Shown in pieces: positions 45,963 to 55,233 of a DNA stretch of 55,302 bases (the stretch's first letter is position 1; the number at the start of each line of letters is the position of its first letter). The stretch lies in NCBI GenBank assembly GCA_001793865.1, contig MGIS01000010.1, positions 1-55,302 of the forward strand, in the 5' to 3' direction. Origin of the DNA: Candidatus Wolfebacteria bacterium RIFCSPLOWO2_01_FULL_47_17b. Its GTDB lineage: Bacteria; Patescibacteriota; Minisyncoccia; UBA6257; JAGOQP01. A program made the translations under genes and the position numbers. Below the pieces are notes generated by a model that saw only the letters and a program-made list of their open reading frames with translations, searched no databases and was not told the origin of the DNA.

Positions 45963-46931
45963 CTACAACGACAACCCTTCTATTATACCAAAATATCCCT
46001 GTAGTATGCGAGTGCCGAAGAAGAATACCAAAAATGACGCAAGTACAATGAACGGGCCGAACGGCAGCATGCTTTTCATTCCTTTTTTGCCCATTGCAAG
46101 CAGGGGAAGCGCATAGAGCGTACCTAACACGAACGAAAGCACCATAACAATAAGTATATCAGGGTATCCGAACAAAAGCCCGAGTCCCGCCATCAGCTTT
46201 GCATCGCCAAGTCCCATCCCCTTGCCACGGGTAATAAATATAACAACCAAAAAGAAACCCGCGCCCAAAACCATGCCAAGGATGTGGTTAAGAACAAGCC
46301 CCACTTCGGAGGCTGAGCCCCCGAAACTAAATAGATCAGCATAGCTCCCAAGAAATGACCCCATCCTCACTACGGTCCATACTATACCGGCTATAAAAAT
46401 CGAAAGATTCAAATAATTTGGAATCACGTAATGCCGCACGTCTATAAAAAACGCCGCCATGAGCATCAAAAATACAAGTATCCAAAAAGCGGAAAAACCA
46501 TACAGCATCCACATATCTCCTGTCATTCCCGCGAAGGCGGGAATCCATTCTCCTGTTTGAAAAAGAAGCCATTCCACCGCCCACGGCACGAACACAAACA
46601 AAGCGGCGGACGCAAGTTCCACCACAGGATATTGAAGCGATATATATTTTTTGCAGTTTCGGCATTTTCCGAGCTGTATAATCCAGCTCACCACCGGAAT
46701 AAGTTCGTACCAGCGAAGCTGGTGCCCGCAATGCAAACAGCGGGAGCGTCCTCCCGCCGTTTTGAGAAATGTAGGCGTTGTCATCCTGAGGTAAAACCGA
46801 AGGATCTTCTTACCACCATTGGATTCTTCACTTCGTTCAGAATGACCATCCTTATCCGGATCATACCGCAGTATGAGCACATTCAGAAAACTTCCGACCG
46901 CAAGACCGAGCAAAATCAGTAGAACAGTCAT
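45963..46931 (-). CDS. pilD: Prepilin peptidase (with in-frame palindromic inserts)
   Basis: GSFLNV, RSRCLHC...CRNC, MGLGDAKL, PFGPF. Confidence 0.93.
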   Translation of the reverse strand: MTVLLILLGLAVGSFLNVLILRYDPDKDGHSERSEESNGGKKILRFYLRMTTPTFLKTAGGRSRCLHCGHQLRWYELIPVVSWIIQLGKCRNCKKYISLQYPVVELASAALFVFVPWAVEWLLFQTGEWIPAFAGMTGDMWMLYGFSAFWILVFLMLMAAFFIDVRHYVIPNYLNLSIFIAGIVWTVVRMGSFLGSYADLFSFGGSASEVGLVLNHILGMVLGAGFFLVVIFITRGKGMGLGDAKLMAGLGLLFGYPDILIVMVLSFVLGTLYALPLLAMGKKGMKSMLPFGPFIVLASFLVFFFGTRILQGYFGIIEGLSL

Positions 46932-46951
46932 AATAAAAACTTATTCTTCCT

Positions 46952-47287
46952 CTACTCACGGCACAGCTCATAGTCGGCCGCACCGATGCTGCTCAACCCC
47001 GTAGCTCCACTACAGCTACCATTTGAATAATAGCTAATATCACTTCTCGGTGGAGTAGGTCCGCCTCCCTCTAAATCACCCTCACTGCCAGCATAGTCTC
47101 CGTTTAATGTGTAATACAGCTCCTGCAAGGCTTCCATTTTTTGTACATCAGCTTTTACCCGAGAAAGGACTGCGGCGGCACGAAACTGTCCAGATCCGAC
47201 CAAAAATATCCCAGCCAAGATCGCGATGATACCCACCACGATCATGACCTCAACGAGCGTAAAACCTTTATTATTTTTAGTAAACAT
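46952..47287 (-). CDS. Type IV pilin (candidate major pilin)
   Basis: KG|FTLVEVMIVVGIIAILA. Confidence 0.88.
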   Translation of the reverse strand: MFTKNNKGFTLVEVMIVVGIIAILAGIFLVGSGQFRAAAVLSRVKADVQKMEALQELYYTLNGDYAGSEGDLEGGGPTPPRSDISYYSNGSCSGATGLSSIGAADYELCRE

Positions 47288-47378
47288 ACGTATGTTTGAT
47301 TATTTTTTCGACCAATTTTAAAATTATGTATAGTATATCACATTATGGACGCCTTGTGTGTATAACCCCTGTGAAGTG

Positions 47379-47805
47379 AGAGGTTAGAAGTAAGAAGTTG
47401 GAAAGAGAGACACTAAAACCATTTTTCCCTAAGACGGTATATTCGCTTCCCCAGAACGGTATATGTACCAAGCAAATACAGAACCTCGCTCGTATCTCCA
47501 TAGCGAACATTTAAAGAATCTTGAAGATGGGTAACAACTTCATTACAGGAGCCAAGAGATCTTGTAAGGTATAGCTTAAACTCAGCATTCGATCTACCAA
47601 ATCCTTCAGCAATATTCGCTCCAATTGAATTTGCAGCTCTGCATAATTGATTCTTAAGATAAAAACCCTCTCTAGGAAATACTTTCGAAAATCCAACGAC
47701 TTGTGGGTACAGTCGCTGGGCTTCTTTATACACTTCAAGATCCTTGTATGTCTTAATCATAACAGCCCGTTTTTTCTAACTTCTAACCTCTAACTTCCAA
47801 CTTCT
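47379..47805. repeat. Inverted heptamer arrays flanking the four-helix-bundle gene: (AGAAGTT)n at 47379-47404 and (AACTTCT)n at 47774-47805
   Basis: Seen directly; degenerate units. Confidence 0.7.
47413..47760 (-). CDS. Four-helix bundle protein (23S rRNA intervening-sequence protein family)
   Basis: YKDLEVYK...FP.E.F.LKNQLCRAANSIGANIAEGFGR...GSCNE. Confidence 0.9.
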   Translation of the reverse strand: MIKTYKDLEVYKEAQRLYPQVVGFSKVFPREGFYLKNQLCRAANSIGANIAEGFGRSNAEFKLYLTRSLGSCNEVVTHLQDSLNVRYGDTSEVLYLLGTYTVLGKRIYRLREKWF

Positions 47806-49013
47806 CATAGTGCAAACGACTGCGCCAGATTGAATATCGGAAGCAGTATGGAAGCAAATAAAAGTCCCACGAATACACCCATCACCACCAAAAGTATCGG
47901 CTGCAAGAGTTCCGAGAGGGTGCCCACCACGGTATTCACCTCCCGTTCATAAAAATCCGCGATTTTGACCATCATATCATCCATACGGCCGGTTGTTTCA
48001 CCTATGGCGGTCATCTGGCCGACCATAGGATCAAAGTACTGCGGGTATCGCAGTAAAAGCTGTGAAAACTGTTCTCCTTCTTTTACGCCCTGCGACATCT
48101 GTTTAAACAGCGTCCGGTACACAAAGTTAAGTATGGTATCGCCGGAAATTTCGATCGCCTGCGCGACCGGGATGCCTCCCTGCAGAAGAATGCTGAACGA
48201 CTGCGCGAACCGCGCAATGTACATCTTCTGGTACATCGGCCCGAATATGGGCAGCTTCAACAATATCTGTCCGCCAACTTGCCGCCCCTCGGGACTCTTG
48301 AAGTAGTCGTACAGTATGTACCAGATAATAAACAGAATAAATAGAACCAGCCACCATTTGGTCTGCACGAACTCTCCCGCGCCGAATACAATCTTGGACA
48401 CCAGCGGCAGTTCGGCTCCCGATTCTTCAAACAGCGGCTGAATCTTGGGAAATACAACCACCACCATAATTCCCGCCACAATGAAGAACAGCACCACCAG
48501 AATCATCGGATACATCATGGCATTGATGATTTTTGACTTCCACTGCACCTCCTTTTCCAAATACGATGCGAGGAACGTAAGCGCGTGCTCAAGCCCGCCG
48601 GTCACCTCCGCGGAGCGGATCATATTGATGTAAAAATCGGAAAATATACTGTTCTGCCGCTCGAGCGCCTGTGAGAGTGCCAACCCCGATTCAATATCCT
48701 GAAACACCTGAAACACCGCCTCCTTAAGCGCGGGGCTCTTGGTCTGCTCGTGCATAATCTTCATCGATCTGCCAAGCGGCAATTCCGACTCGATAAGCGT
48801 GGCAAGCTGGCGCGTAAACACCATCAAATCCTTGAGTTTCACGCGGTTGAAAAAAGCAAATAGATTGCTCTTCTTCTGTAGAACCGCCTCCATACTCAGC
48901 ACATACAGCTGGTGATTGGCAAGCGTTTGCAAAGCATTCGGCTTATCCGGCGATTCAATGTAGCCGACTTGCAGTTCCCCTGTTTTTGTCCGTGCTTGGT
49001 ACTTGAATTTCAT
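47805..49013 (-). CDS. pilC: Type IV pilus platform protein PilC (T2SS F family)
   Basis: FTRQLATLI, AMMYP, IGETTGRMD, LLQP; start moved to MKFKYQAR. Confidence 0.93.
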   Translation of the reverse strand: MKFKYQARTKTGELQVGYIESPDKPNALQTLANHQLYVLSMEAVLQKKSNLFAFFNRVKLKDLMVFTRQLATLIESELPLGRSMKIMHEQTKSPALKEAVFQVFQDIESGLALSQALERQNSIFSDFYINMIRSAEVTGGLEHALTFLASYLEKEVQWKSKIINAMMYPMILVVLFFIVAGIMVVVVFPKIQPLFEESGAELPLVSKIVFGAGEFVQTKWWLVLFILFIIWYILYDYFKSPEGRQVGGQILLKLPIFGPMYQKMYIARFAQSFSILLQGGIPVAQAIEISGDTILNFVYRTLFKQMSQGVKEGEQFSQLLLRYPQYFDPMVGQMTAIGETTGRMDDMMVKIADFYEREVNTVVGTLSELLQPILLVVMGVFVGLLFASILLPIFNLAQSFAL

Positions 49014-50077
49014 CTCTCTAAAATTATTCTCAATTCCGATGGATTTGTCGAATATAATTGAGCCGCTTCCATGCTTATCTCCCTTCGCACCACCAAATCC
49101 GCCAACGAGCGATTTAGCGTAATCATACCTTCCTGCACGTTCGTTTCGATAATGAGGTCGATCTGGTAGGTCTTGCGTTCGCGGATAAGGTTCCGCACCG
49201 CGGGATTTGCGAATAGTATCTCGCACGCCGGTATGCGCCCGCCGTCTATGCGCGGCACAAGCCGCTCCGAAACAATCGCCACCAATGTCGCCGCGAGCTG
49301 AGACGATACCTGCCCCTGCTGGCCGGAAGGAAAACTGTCTATAATACGGTCAATGGTTTGCGACGCCGAGTTCGTATGTAAAGTAGAAAATACCAAATGC
49401 CCGGTTTCCGACGCGGTCAGCGCGGTTGATATGGATTCCGGATCACGCATTTCCCCTATCATGAGTACGTCCGGATCCTGCCGCAGAACCGACTTGAGGC
49501 CTTTTATAAACGTGCATGTGTCGCTCTCCACCTCCCGCTGGGATACAATGCTCTTGTCCTGCACGAACGCGTACTCAATTGGATCTTCGATGGTTACAAT
49601 GTGCTCCGTGCGCGTGTGGTTGATCTCATCGACAAGCGCCGCAAGCGTGGTGGACTTCCCATGCCCCGCCGGCCCTACCACAAGCACGAACCCCTGTGAA
49701 AGCTTCGTAAGGTCATGCAGTACCGGAGGCAGGCGCAGTTCTTCGATGGTGCGGATATGCGCGGGGATGAGCCGCAATGCCGCCGCCATAAAACCCCGCT
49801 GGTAGTATACATTCACGCGGAACCGCGCCTTGTCTTCAAATGTATACGAAAGGTCTAACTCCCGCTCCTCCACAAACCGTTTCTGCTGTTCTTCGGTTAA
49901 AAGCGCGAATACGAGCCCTTCCGCGTCCCTGGGAACCAGTATGGGCTCTGAGGTAAGCGGCACCAGCGCGCCATCTATCCGCAGGGTCGGATGCCGCCCA
50001 ACCGCGATATGCAGATCAGACGCGTCCTGCCGAGCACAGAGTAATAATAAATCTTTAAGTTTTTGGGCGTATTCCAT
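49010..50077 (-). CDS. pilT: Type IV pilus retraction ATPase PilT
   Basis: ASDLH, GPAGHGKSTT, LRQDPD, GHLVFSTLHT. Confidence 0.95.
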   Translation of the reverse strand: MEYAQKLKDLLLLCARQDASDLHIAVGRHPTLRIDGALVPLTSEPILVPRDAEGLVFALLTEEQQKRFVEERELDLSYTFEDKARFRVNVYYQRGFMAAALRLIPAHIRTIEELRLPPVLHDLTKLSQGFVLVVGPAGHGKSTTLAALVDEINHTRTEHIVTIEDPIEYAFVQDKSIVSQREVESDTCTFIKGLKSVLRQDPDVLMIGEMRDPESISTALTASETGHLVFSTLHTNSASQTIDRIIDSFPSGQQGQVSSQLAATLVAIVSERLVPRIDGGRIPACEILFANPAVRNLIRERKTYQIDLIIETNVQEGMITLNRSLADLVVRREISMEAAQLYSTNPSELRIILER

Positions 50078-50130
50078 ATATATATGTGTATTATAGCACA
50101 GTCATTGTACAATGGTGTGGGTATCGAACT

Positions 50131-50224
50131 AATTTCGAATTTCGAGTTCCGAATTTCGAATCAAATTCTAATGTTTTAAAATTCATGAATTCAAAATTGA
50201 ATCGAAATTAAAAATTCAAAATTT
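50131..50224. repeat. AT-rich heptamer inverted element
   Basis: Near-copy of 26691-26792, between pilB and pilT. Confidence 0.65.
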
Positions 50225-50225
50225 T

Positions 50226-51965
50226 TTATATACTTTCTGTTTCTCTGAGTACCGCTTCCAGCGAAACAAGTCCTTCAATCGCTTTCAGAACGCCGTCCTG
50301 CCGCATTGTAACCATCTTCTGCCGTTTCGCTTCTGCGACAATCGTGCTCTCGCTCGCGTTCTTTGCGACAAGGTCTTCCAGTTCCCGTGTCATTTCCAGC
50401 GCTTCATACAGCGCCATGCGTCCGCTGATTCCTTTGCCGTTGCACACGTCACAGCCCGGCGATTCATAGAATTGGTATGGCTTCTGAACATTGCGGGATT
50501 CCAGCTCCGGAGGATCAACGGATGCAAGCTCCTCTTCGGCTTGCTTCATAAGTTCGGCTGAAATTTCTTTCTTTCTACGGCACTTTTGGCACAGCCGCGG
50601 CACAAGCCGCTGGCCGATCATCAAATTTACCGAAGCCGGCAATAGAAACGGTTCCACCTTCATATCCACCAGGCGCGGGATCACGCCCAACGCGTTGTTC
50701 GTGTGTAGCGTGGAAAGCACGATGTGTCCCGTAAGCGCCGCGTGCACGGCAAGGCCGGCAGTTTCACCGTCCCGGATTTCACCGATCATAATAACATCCG
50801 GATCCTGTCGCAGAATCTGCCTAAGTCCCGACGCGAAATCATATCCAATCTCCGGATGCACCTGCGACTGGTTGAGTCCGTCCATATAGTATTCCACCGG
50901 ATCCTCCAAGCTCACGATATTCACTTGCTCCGTATTGAGTATCTGCATAAGGGCGTACAGCGTCGTTGTCTTACCCGACCCGGTTGGCCCCGTGATGAGT
51001 ATCATGCCGTATGGGTCGTCTATCGCCTGCTTGATAAGCCGCTCGCTTCTCCCGCGCAAACCAAGATCATTAAGTCCGCGCAAACCCACAATCGGGTCCA
51101 ATACACGGATCGCGACTTTCTCGCCTACCGGTGTGGGGAATGTGGCTACGCGGAAATCGATATCCCGTCCCATGAGCACCGTACGGAATCGTCCGTCCTG
51201 CGGCACACGGGTTTCATCTATTTTCAGATTCGATAAAACTTTCACGCGCGATACGATCGGCTGGTGCAACTCTGCCGGCAGGACCGCGGCTTCCTTGAGT
51301 TCGCCATCCAAGCGAAACCGGATCCGCATGCTGTTACGCTGAGGTTCAATGTGCACATCGGATGCCTTTTCCCATACCGCTTCTTTGAGTGTGGTTGCCA
51401 CGATGCGGATGATGGGCGCGTCCTCGCTCCCGCCTCCGCCGGCTTCCAACTGCACGACTTTGGCGCTGGGGGTTTTCTGCTGGGCCGATACCGAGGTAAT
51501 GGATTTCACTGCCGCCTCCACCTCACTGCGATAGGGTGAATACTTGCGCATGACCGCTTCCCATAGCGACATACTCACCAGATATATGCCTAAGCTTACT
51601 TTAAGTTGACGGGCTATAAACTTCAGCGCCTCCTGCGCGCGCGGGTCTTCCGGCGAAACCATGCCGATGACCAGAAGTTCCTTCGTGTACGAAAGCGGCA
51701 CCACGCGGTAGTTGCGCACCATTTCTTCGGGCACAATCTTAAAAAGCTGCGGAGGGATCTCCTCAACCGTAAGCTTCTTGAACGGCACATTGAGCATCTC
51801 GCTTTTTAGCTTGAGCAAAACATCTTCTCCCACCAGTCGCCGTTCATATATAAGATCTTCAACCGTCCGTCGCGCGTACGACGCCTCCTGCAAAAGCTTC
51901 TGAGCCGCATTGTGCTCCAAAGCTTGTTGCTCAACCAGTTTTGTTATAAGTACTTTATTATCCAT
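50226..51965 (-). CDS. pilB: Type IV pilus assembly ATPase PilB/GspE
   Basis: ASDVHIEP, GPTGSGKTTT, LRQDPD, CxxC...CxxC. Confidence 0.95.
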   Translation of the reverse strand: MDNKVLITKLVEQQALEHNAAQKLLQEASYARRTVEDLIYERRLVGEDVLLKLKSEMLNVPFKKLTVEEIPPQLFKIVPEEMVRNYRVVPLSYTKELLVIGMVSPEDPRAQEALKFIARQLKVSLGIYLVSMSLWEAVMRKYSPYRSEVEAAVKSITSVSAQQKTPSAKVVQLEAGGGGSEDAPIIRIVATTLKEAVWEKASDVHIEPQRNSMRIRFRLDGELKEAAVLPAELHQPIVSRVKVLSNLKIDETRVPQDGRFRTVLMGRDIDFRVATFPTPVGEKVAIRVLDPIVGLRGLNDLGLRGRSERLIKQAIDDPYGMILITGPTGSGKTTTLYALMQILNTEQVNIVSLEDPVEYYMDGLNQSQVHPEIGYDFASGLRQILRQDPDVIMIGEIRDGETAGLAVHAALTGHIVLSTLHTNNALGVIPRLVDMKVEPFLLPASVNLMIGQRLVPRLCQKCRRKKEISAELMKQAEEELASVDPPELESRNVQKPYQFYESPGCDVCNGKGISGRMALYEALEMTRELEDLVAKNASESTIVAEAKRQKMVTMRQDGVLKAIEGLVSLEAVLRETESI

Positions 51966-51984
51966 ATCCTGACAGGAGGTTCAT

Positions 51985-52018
51985 AAGGTTCGGCCTTGGT
52001 TCGGGAAGGCCGAACCTT
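51985..52018. repeat. 34-bp REP-like hairpin (near-copy inserted in pth at 35506-35539)
   Basis: AAGGTTCGGCCTT-GGTTCGGG-AAGGCCGAACCTT. Confidence 0.75.
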
Positions 52019-52115
52019 GGTTCTACGAATCTCGTGCACCATTCTAATTGAATAATTATATCACACATTCACCTTTCTACCTTGTGGATACCGGCTATGG
52101 TGTTAGAATAACGTC

Positions 52116-52820
52116 ATGCAGATCATCGGCATTAAAACCCCCATCTTCAAGGAAAAACAATCGCTTCTTCCGTTTCTCATACGGCATCTACCTCCCTTGC
52201 AAGAAGGCGATATTCTCGCAATCACCTCAAAAATCGTTTCCCTGTCACAAGGAAGAGCCGTTTCTCCAAAACAAAAAGTAGCACTAATAAAAAAAGATTC
52301 GAAAAAAATAATCGAGACGCCTTGGGCACAACTTGTGCTAACAGAAGACGGATGGTGCATAAACGCTGGCGCGGATGAATCAAATGCAAACAAAAAAACC
52401 ATTCTCATGCCCCGTAATCCTTTCCAGGTCGCCAAACATATTCGTATGCAGCTAAAAAAGAAATTTGGCCTCAAAAAAATAGGCATTCTTATTACCGACA
52501 CGAAGAGCATCCCTTTGCGGAAAGGAACAATGGGCAGATCGGTCGCGTACGCAGGTTTTGAGCCCCTCATAAACTACATTGGAAAAAAAGATTTGTTCGG
52601 CAGAAAAAGCCGCCTCACGCAAAGCAATGTTGCTGATGCGCTCGCCGCAAGCTCGGTACTTGTTATGGGAGAGGGAGACGAACAAACGCCGTTGGCGGTA
52701 ATACGAAATGCTTCGGTTCGGTTCACAAACAAAAAAAATCTGGCGCGTCTACCCTTCTCTCCAAAGAAGGACATCTACGCCAGAGTTTATCGGGACATTC
52801 CTTTCAGCACCTCCAGATAA
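52116..52820 (+). CDS. Coenzyme F420:gamma-glutamyl ligase (CofE)-like protein
   Basis: GDILAITSKIVS, NAGADESN, ILITDT, DLFGR, DALAA...MGEGDEQTP. Confidence 0.85.
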   Translation: MQIIGIKTPIFKEKQSLLPFLIRHLPPLQEGDILAITSKIVSLSQGRAVSPKQKVALIKKDSKKIIETPWAQLVLTEDGWCINAGADESNANKKTILMPRNPFQVAKHIRMQLKKKFGLKKIGILITDTKSIPLRKGTMGRSVAYAGFEPLINYIGKKDLFGRKSRLTQSNVADALAASSVLVMGEGDEQTPLAVIRNASVRFTNKKNLARLPFSPKKDIYARVYRDIPFSTSR

Positions 52821-53794
52821 AGTTTTTCTACAATCTTTTCTTGAGCCTTCCCTGATCGAGCATAGTGATCAAGACCGGGAGCCGCGTTAACTTCAAGAAT
52901 CCGGTAATTCTCTTTGGCTATATCGGAAATAGATTCTTGTACAAGAAGATCAACTCCGCACAAACGAAGTCCCATATCTTTCGTAAGCCGAATCGCGAGT
53001 TTCTTAAACGACCGATGAATAATGCCAGTTACATCCAAGGACTCTCCCCCTGAAGAAAGATTTGCATTATCAAGAAGCTGTACTAGATCCCCTTTTTTTG
53101 GAATTGATTTGAGAGTCAACTTTTGATTTTGCAGTTTTTCCACAATACGAGGATCATCTATCTTTATCTTCGTATCTCTGCTTGAAACAACAAACTGCTT
53201 TTGCTTTTTTTCAAGCAATGCCTTAATAGTTGACCGTCCATCACCGATTACATATAAAGGAATGCGCTGATATGCCGAAATGATTTTATCATCCAGAACT
53301 ACAATCCGATAATCATTCCCTTTGATCGGCTTCTGTACAAGCGCGACACGATCCCGTTTGAATATGTGTCGCATGGCACGGTAAAACTGCCTCCGTGTCC
53401 TGACACTCGCAACGCCCGAACCTTGGCTTCCGCTGTTTGGCTTCACTATAACCGGAAACCCGATTTTTTGCGCATATCGATACGCCGCGTGTACATCCTT
53501 CCGTGAACCTATTGCTTCTGCCCAATGGTCAGAATAAAAGGTCTTTCCAGGAATAACTCTATATCCCATCCGCTTCATAAAGAAATTCGCGTAATCCTTG
53601 TCTTTTGCAATGTCCGCCGCCCCGACAGTATTTATATCAATCGTCGAATACCGAAAATAACGTCTGCGTCCGTTTCTGTAGGTAATCTGCCCGACAATTC
53701 CCCACTCAGGCTCAAGTAGCACACGCACGCCTATGCGACGAGCGATTTTCTTTAGTATCTGTCCCAAAATTGGAGTTGGTTTTTTCTTTTTCAT
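52787..53794 (-). CDS. ATP-grasp ligase (similar to the cyanophycin synthetase/GshAB ATP-grasp domain)
   Basis: KDK, PVIVKP..GSQG.GV, DYRIVV, ANLSSGG, GVD, EVNAAPG. Confidence 0.85.
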   Translation of the reverse strand: MKKKKPTPILGQILKKIARRIGVRVLLEPEWGIVGQITYRNGRRRYFRYSTIDINTVGAADIAKDKDYANFFMKRMGYRVIPGKTFYSDHWAEAIGSRKDVHAAYRYAQKIGFPVIVKPNSGSQGSGVASVRTRRQFYRAMRHIFKRDRVALVQKPIKGNDYRIVVLDDKIISAYQRIPLYVIGDGRSTIKALLEKKQKQFVVSSRDTKIKIDDPRIVEKLQNQKLTLKSIPKKGDLVQLLDNANLSSGGESLDVTGIIHRSFKKLAIRLTKDMGLRLCGVDLLVQESISDIAKENYRILEVNAAPGLDHYARSGKAQEKIVEKLYLEVLKGMSR

Positions 53795-53848
53795 AATATA
53801 TTTCCTTTCAATATACTGAATATAAAATACATAAAGCCGTTCAAATTG

Positions 53849-54379
53849 TCAAGAACGGCTTTTTTGCAATGCATGCGCTATAAATACATCAACCACTTTT
53901 TTAAATCTCTCACGCATACCACTCTCCCGCATAAGCCGATCACGCATGCGCGTGGCAACCTCTATCTGTACACCTCGTTTCAGAATCCCTCTATTGCAAA
54001 TATTGTTGGGATGCACACCCGCAAGAAGAGGATATCGCTCGGCCGATTCAGCCTCAAATCCCGATTCCCTCAGACGATCTATAAGAAGTTCACTATCGTA
54101 CAACCCCCCGATTACAATCTTTTCGGAATTTTCCCGCATGCCGTGGATAGCGATCACCAGCAATGATTTTTGGACAAGTTCCACACACCGCGGTTCATCA
54201 AATAAATGACTAGGTTTATGATTGGGTGCGCTAAGCGAGTAGAACGAATATCGATCACCCGCAAGAAAACTGGCTATCTCAGTCGTCCCAACTTCGATAT
54301 TCCCGCCATGCGGAGCAAGAATAAGAACATCCGACGCGCGAAAAACTGCTTCAATAAAAAGTTTTGGACTTTTATGCAT
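53849..54379 (-). CDS. Poly-gamma-glutamate hydrolase family protein (PghP/YjqB-like)
   Basis: APHGGNIEVGT.E, FDEP, IHG, G..P.NICN, GVQIE. Confidence 0.8.
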   Translation of the reverse strand: MHKSPKLFIEAVFRASDVLILAPHGGNIEVGTTEIASFLAGDRYSFYSLSAPNHKPSHLFDEPRCVELVQKSLLVIAIHGMRENSEKIVIGGLYDSELLIDRLRESGFEAESAERYPLLAGVHPNNICNRGILKRGVQIEVATRMRDRLMRESGMRERFKKVVDVFIAHALQKSRS

Positions 54380-54446
54380 ATATAACCTCCGTATAAATAA
54401 CTGGCTGTAAGTATACCCTCCTTACTCCTTCTCCACAAACTCCGCT

Positions 54447-54863
54447 TCAGCTGATATGCTCAAAAACCACTTTCGTATACTGCCGATACGGATCAATGCT
54501 TTCTTTCGCGGCGGCATAAAACTTCACATAATCCTCCTCAAAATCATATTCATGCACAAGGATATTCCGGACTCGCGCTGTATTGGAAAGTTTTTGTGCG
54601 AGGGAATCGTCCAAAATCCCTATTTTTGCCATATCAAGAAAAGATTCTCTATAGCTGTCTGGTGTTTTTGATGTTTTCGCAAGCACGAAAAAGGCGTTTA
54701 TGTCCGACGCAAGATCAACAATGAGCTGAAAGTCACGCTCGGCCGCGCGGATATGCACGCTGTTTTTTGTGAACGTACCAACCGAAGGGTCAAGCAGTTT
54801 TTCAAGCTCGCTTAAAAGCGAAAGGATTTGCTCAAGTTTTTTTGCGACAACGAGATTGCTCAT
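54447..54863 (-). CDS. HepT/DUF86 HEPN ribonuclease toxin
   Basis: AAERDFQ, RNILVHEY (Rx4H). Confidence 0.88.
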   Translation of the reverse strand: MSNLVVAKKLEQILSLLSELEKLLDPSVGTFTKNSVHIRAAERDFQLIVDLASDINAFFVLAKTSKTPDSYRESFLDMAKIGILDDSLAQKLSNTARVRNILVHEYDFEEDYVKFYAAAKESIDPYRQYTKVVFEHIS

Positions 54864-54867
54864 AGTC

Positions 54868-55233
54868 CTATGTGAATGTTTTCATTTTTTCAGCAAGATG
54901 CGTAAATCGCATTCGATACAGCTTTTGTGCACCCATAAACCGTTTCCACGCCCGGATTTTAAACCCCACAAACTGCCCTTCGATCCCCTGAAGAAGCTTC
55001 CCGTGCGTAGCGGCTTCATGCCAAAGAAGCGGTGAAGCGTCAAAAAGATCAACAAGGTCGATTCTGTCATACGGCATATGAAATTTTTCAGACATAAATC
55101 GCAACATATCCCCAAATTCTGAACCGAAATAATCAATCGGATGGTCTTTTAAAACAGCAACATCAAAATCGGACGATTCACGCGCCGTTCCTTTTGCCCG
55201 CGATCCGAACAATATAATCAATGCCTCATCCAT
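54868..55233 (-). CDS. MntA-like minimal nucleotidyltransferase antitoxin
   Basis: LFGSRAKG...SDFDVAV, IDLVDL; upstream of HEPN; start moved to MDEAL. Confidence 0.88.
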   Translation of the reverse strand: MDEALIILFGSRAKGTARESSDFDVAVLKDHPIDYFGSEFGDMLRFMSEKFHMPYDRIDLVDLFDASPLLWHEAATHGKLLQGIEGQFVGFKIRAWKRFMGAQKLYRMRFTHLAEKMKTFT

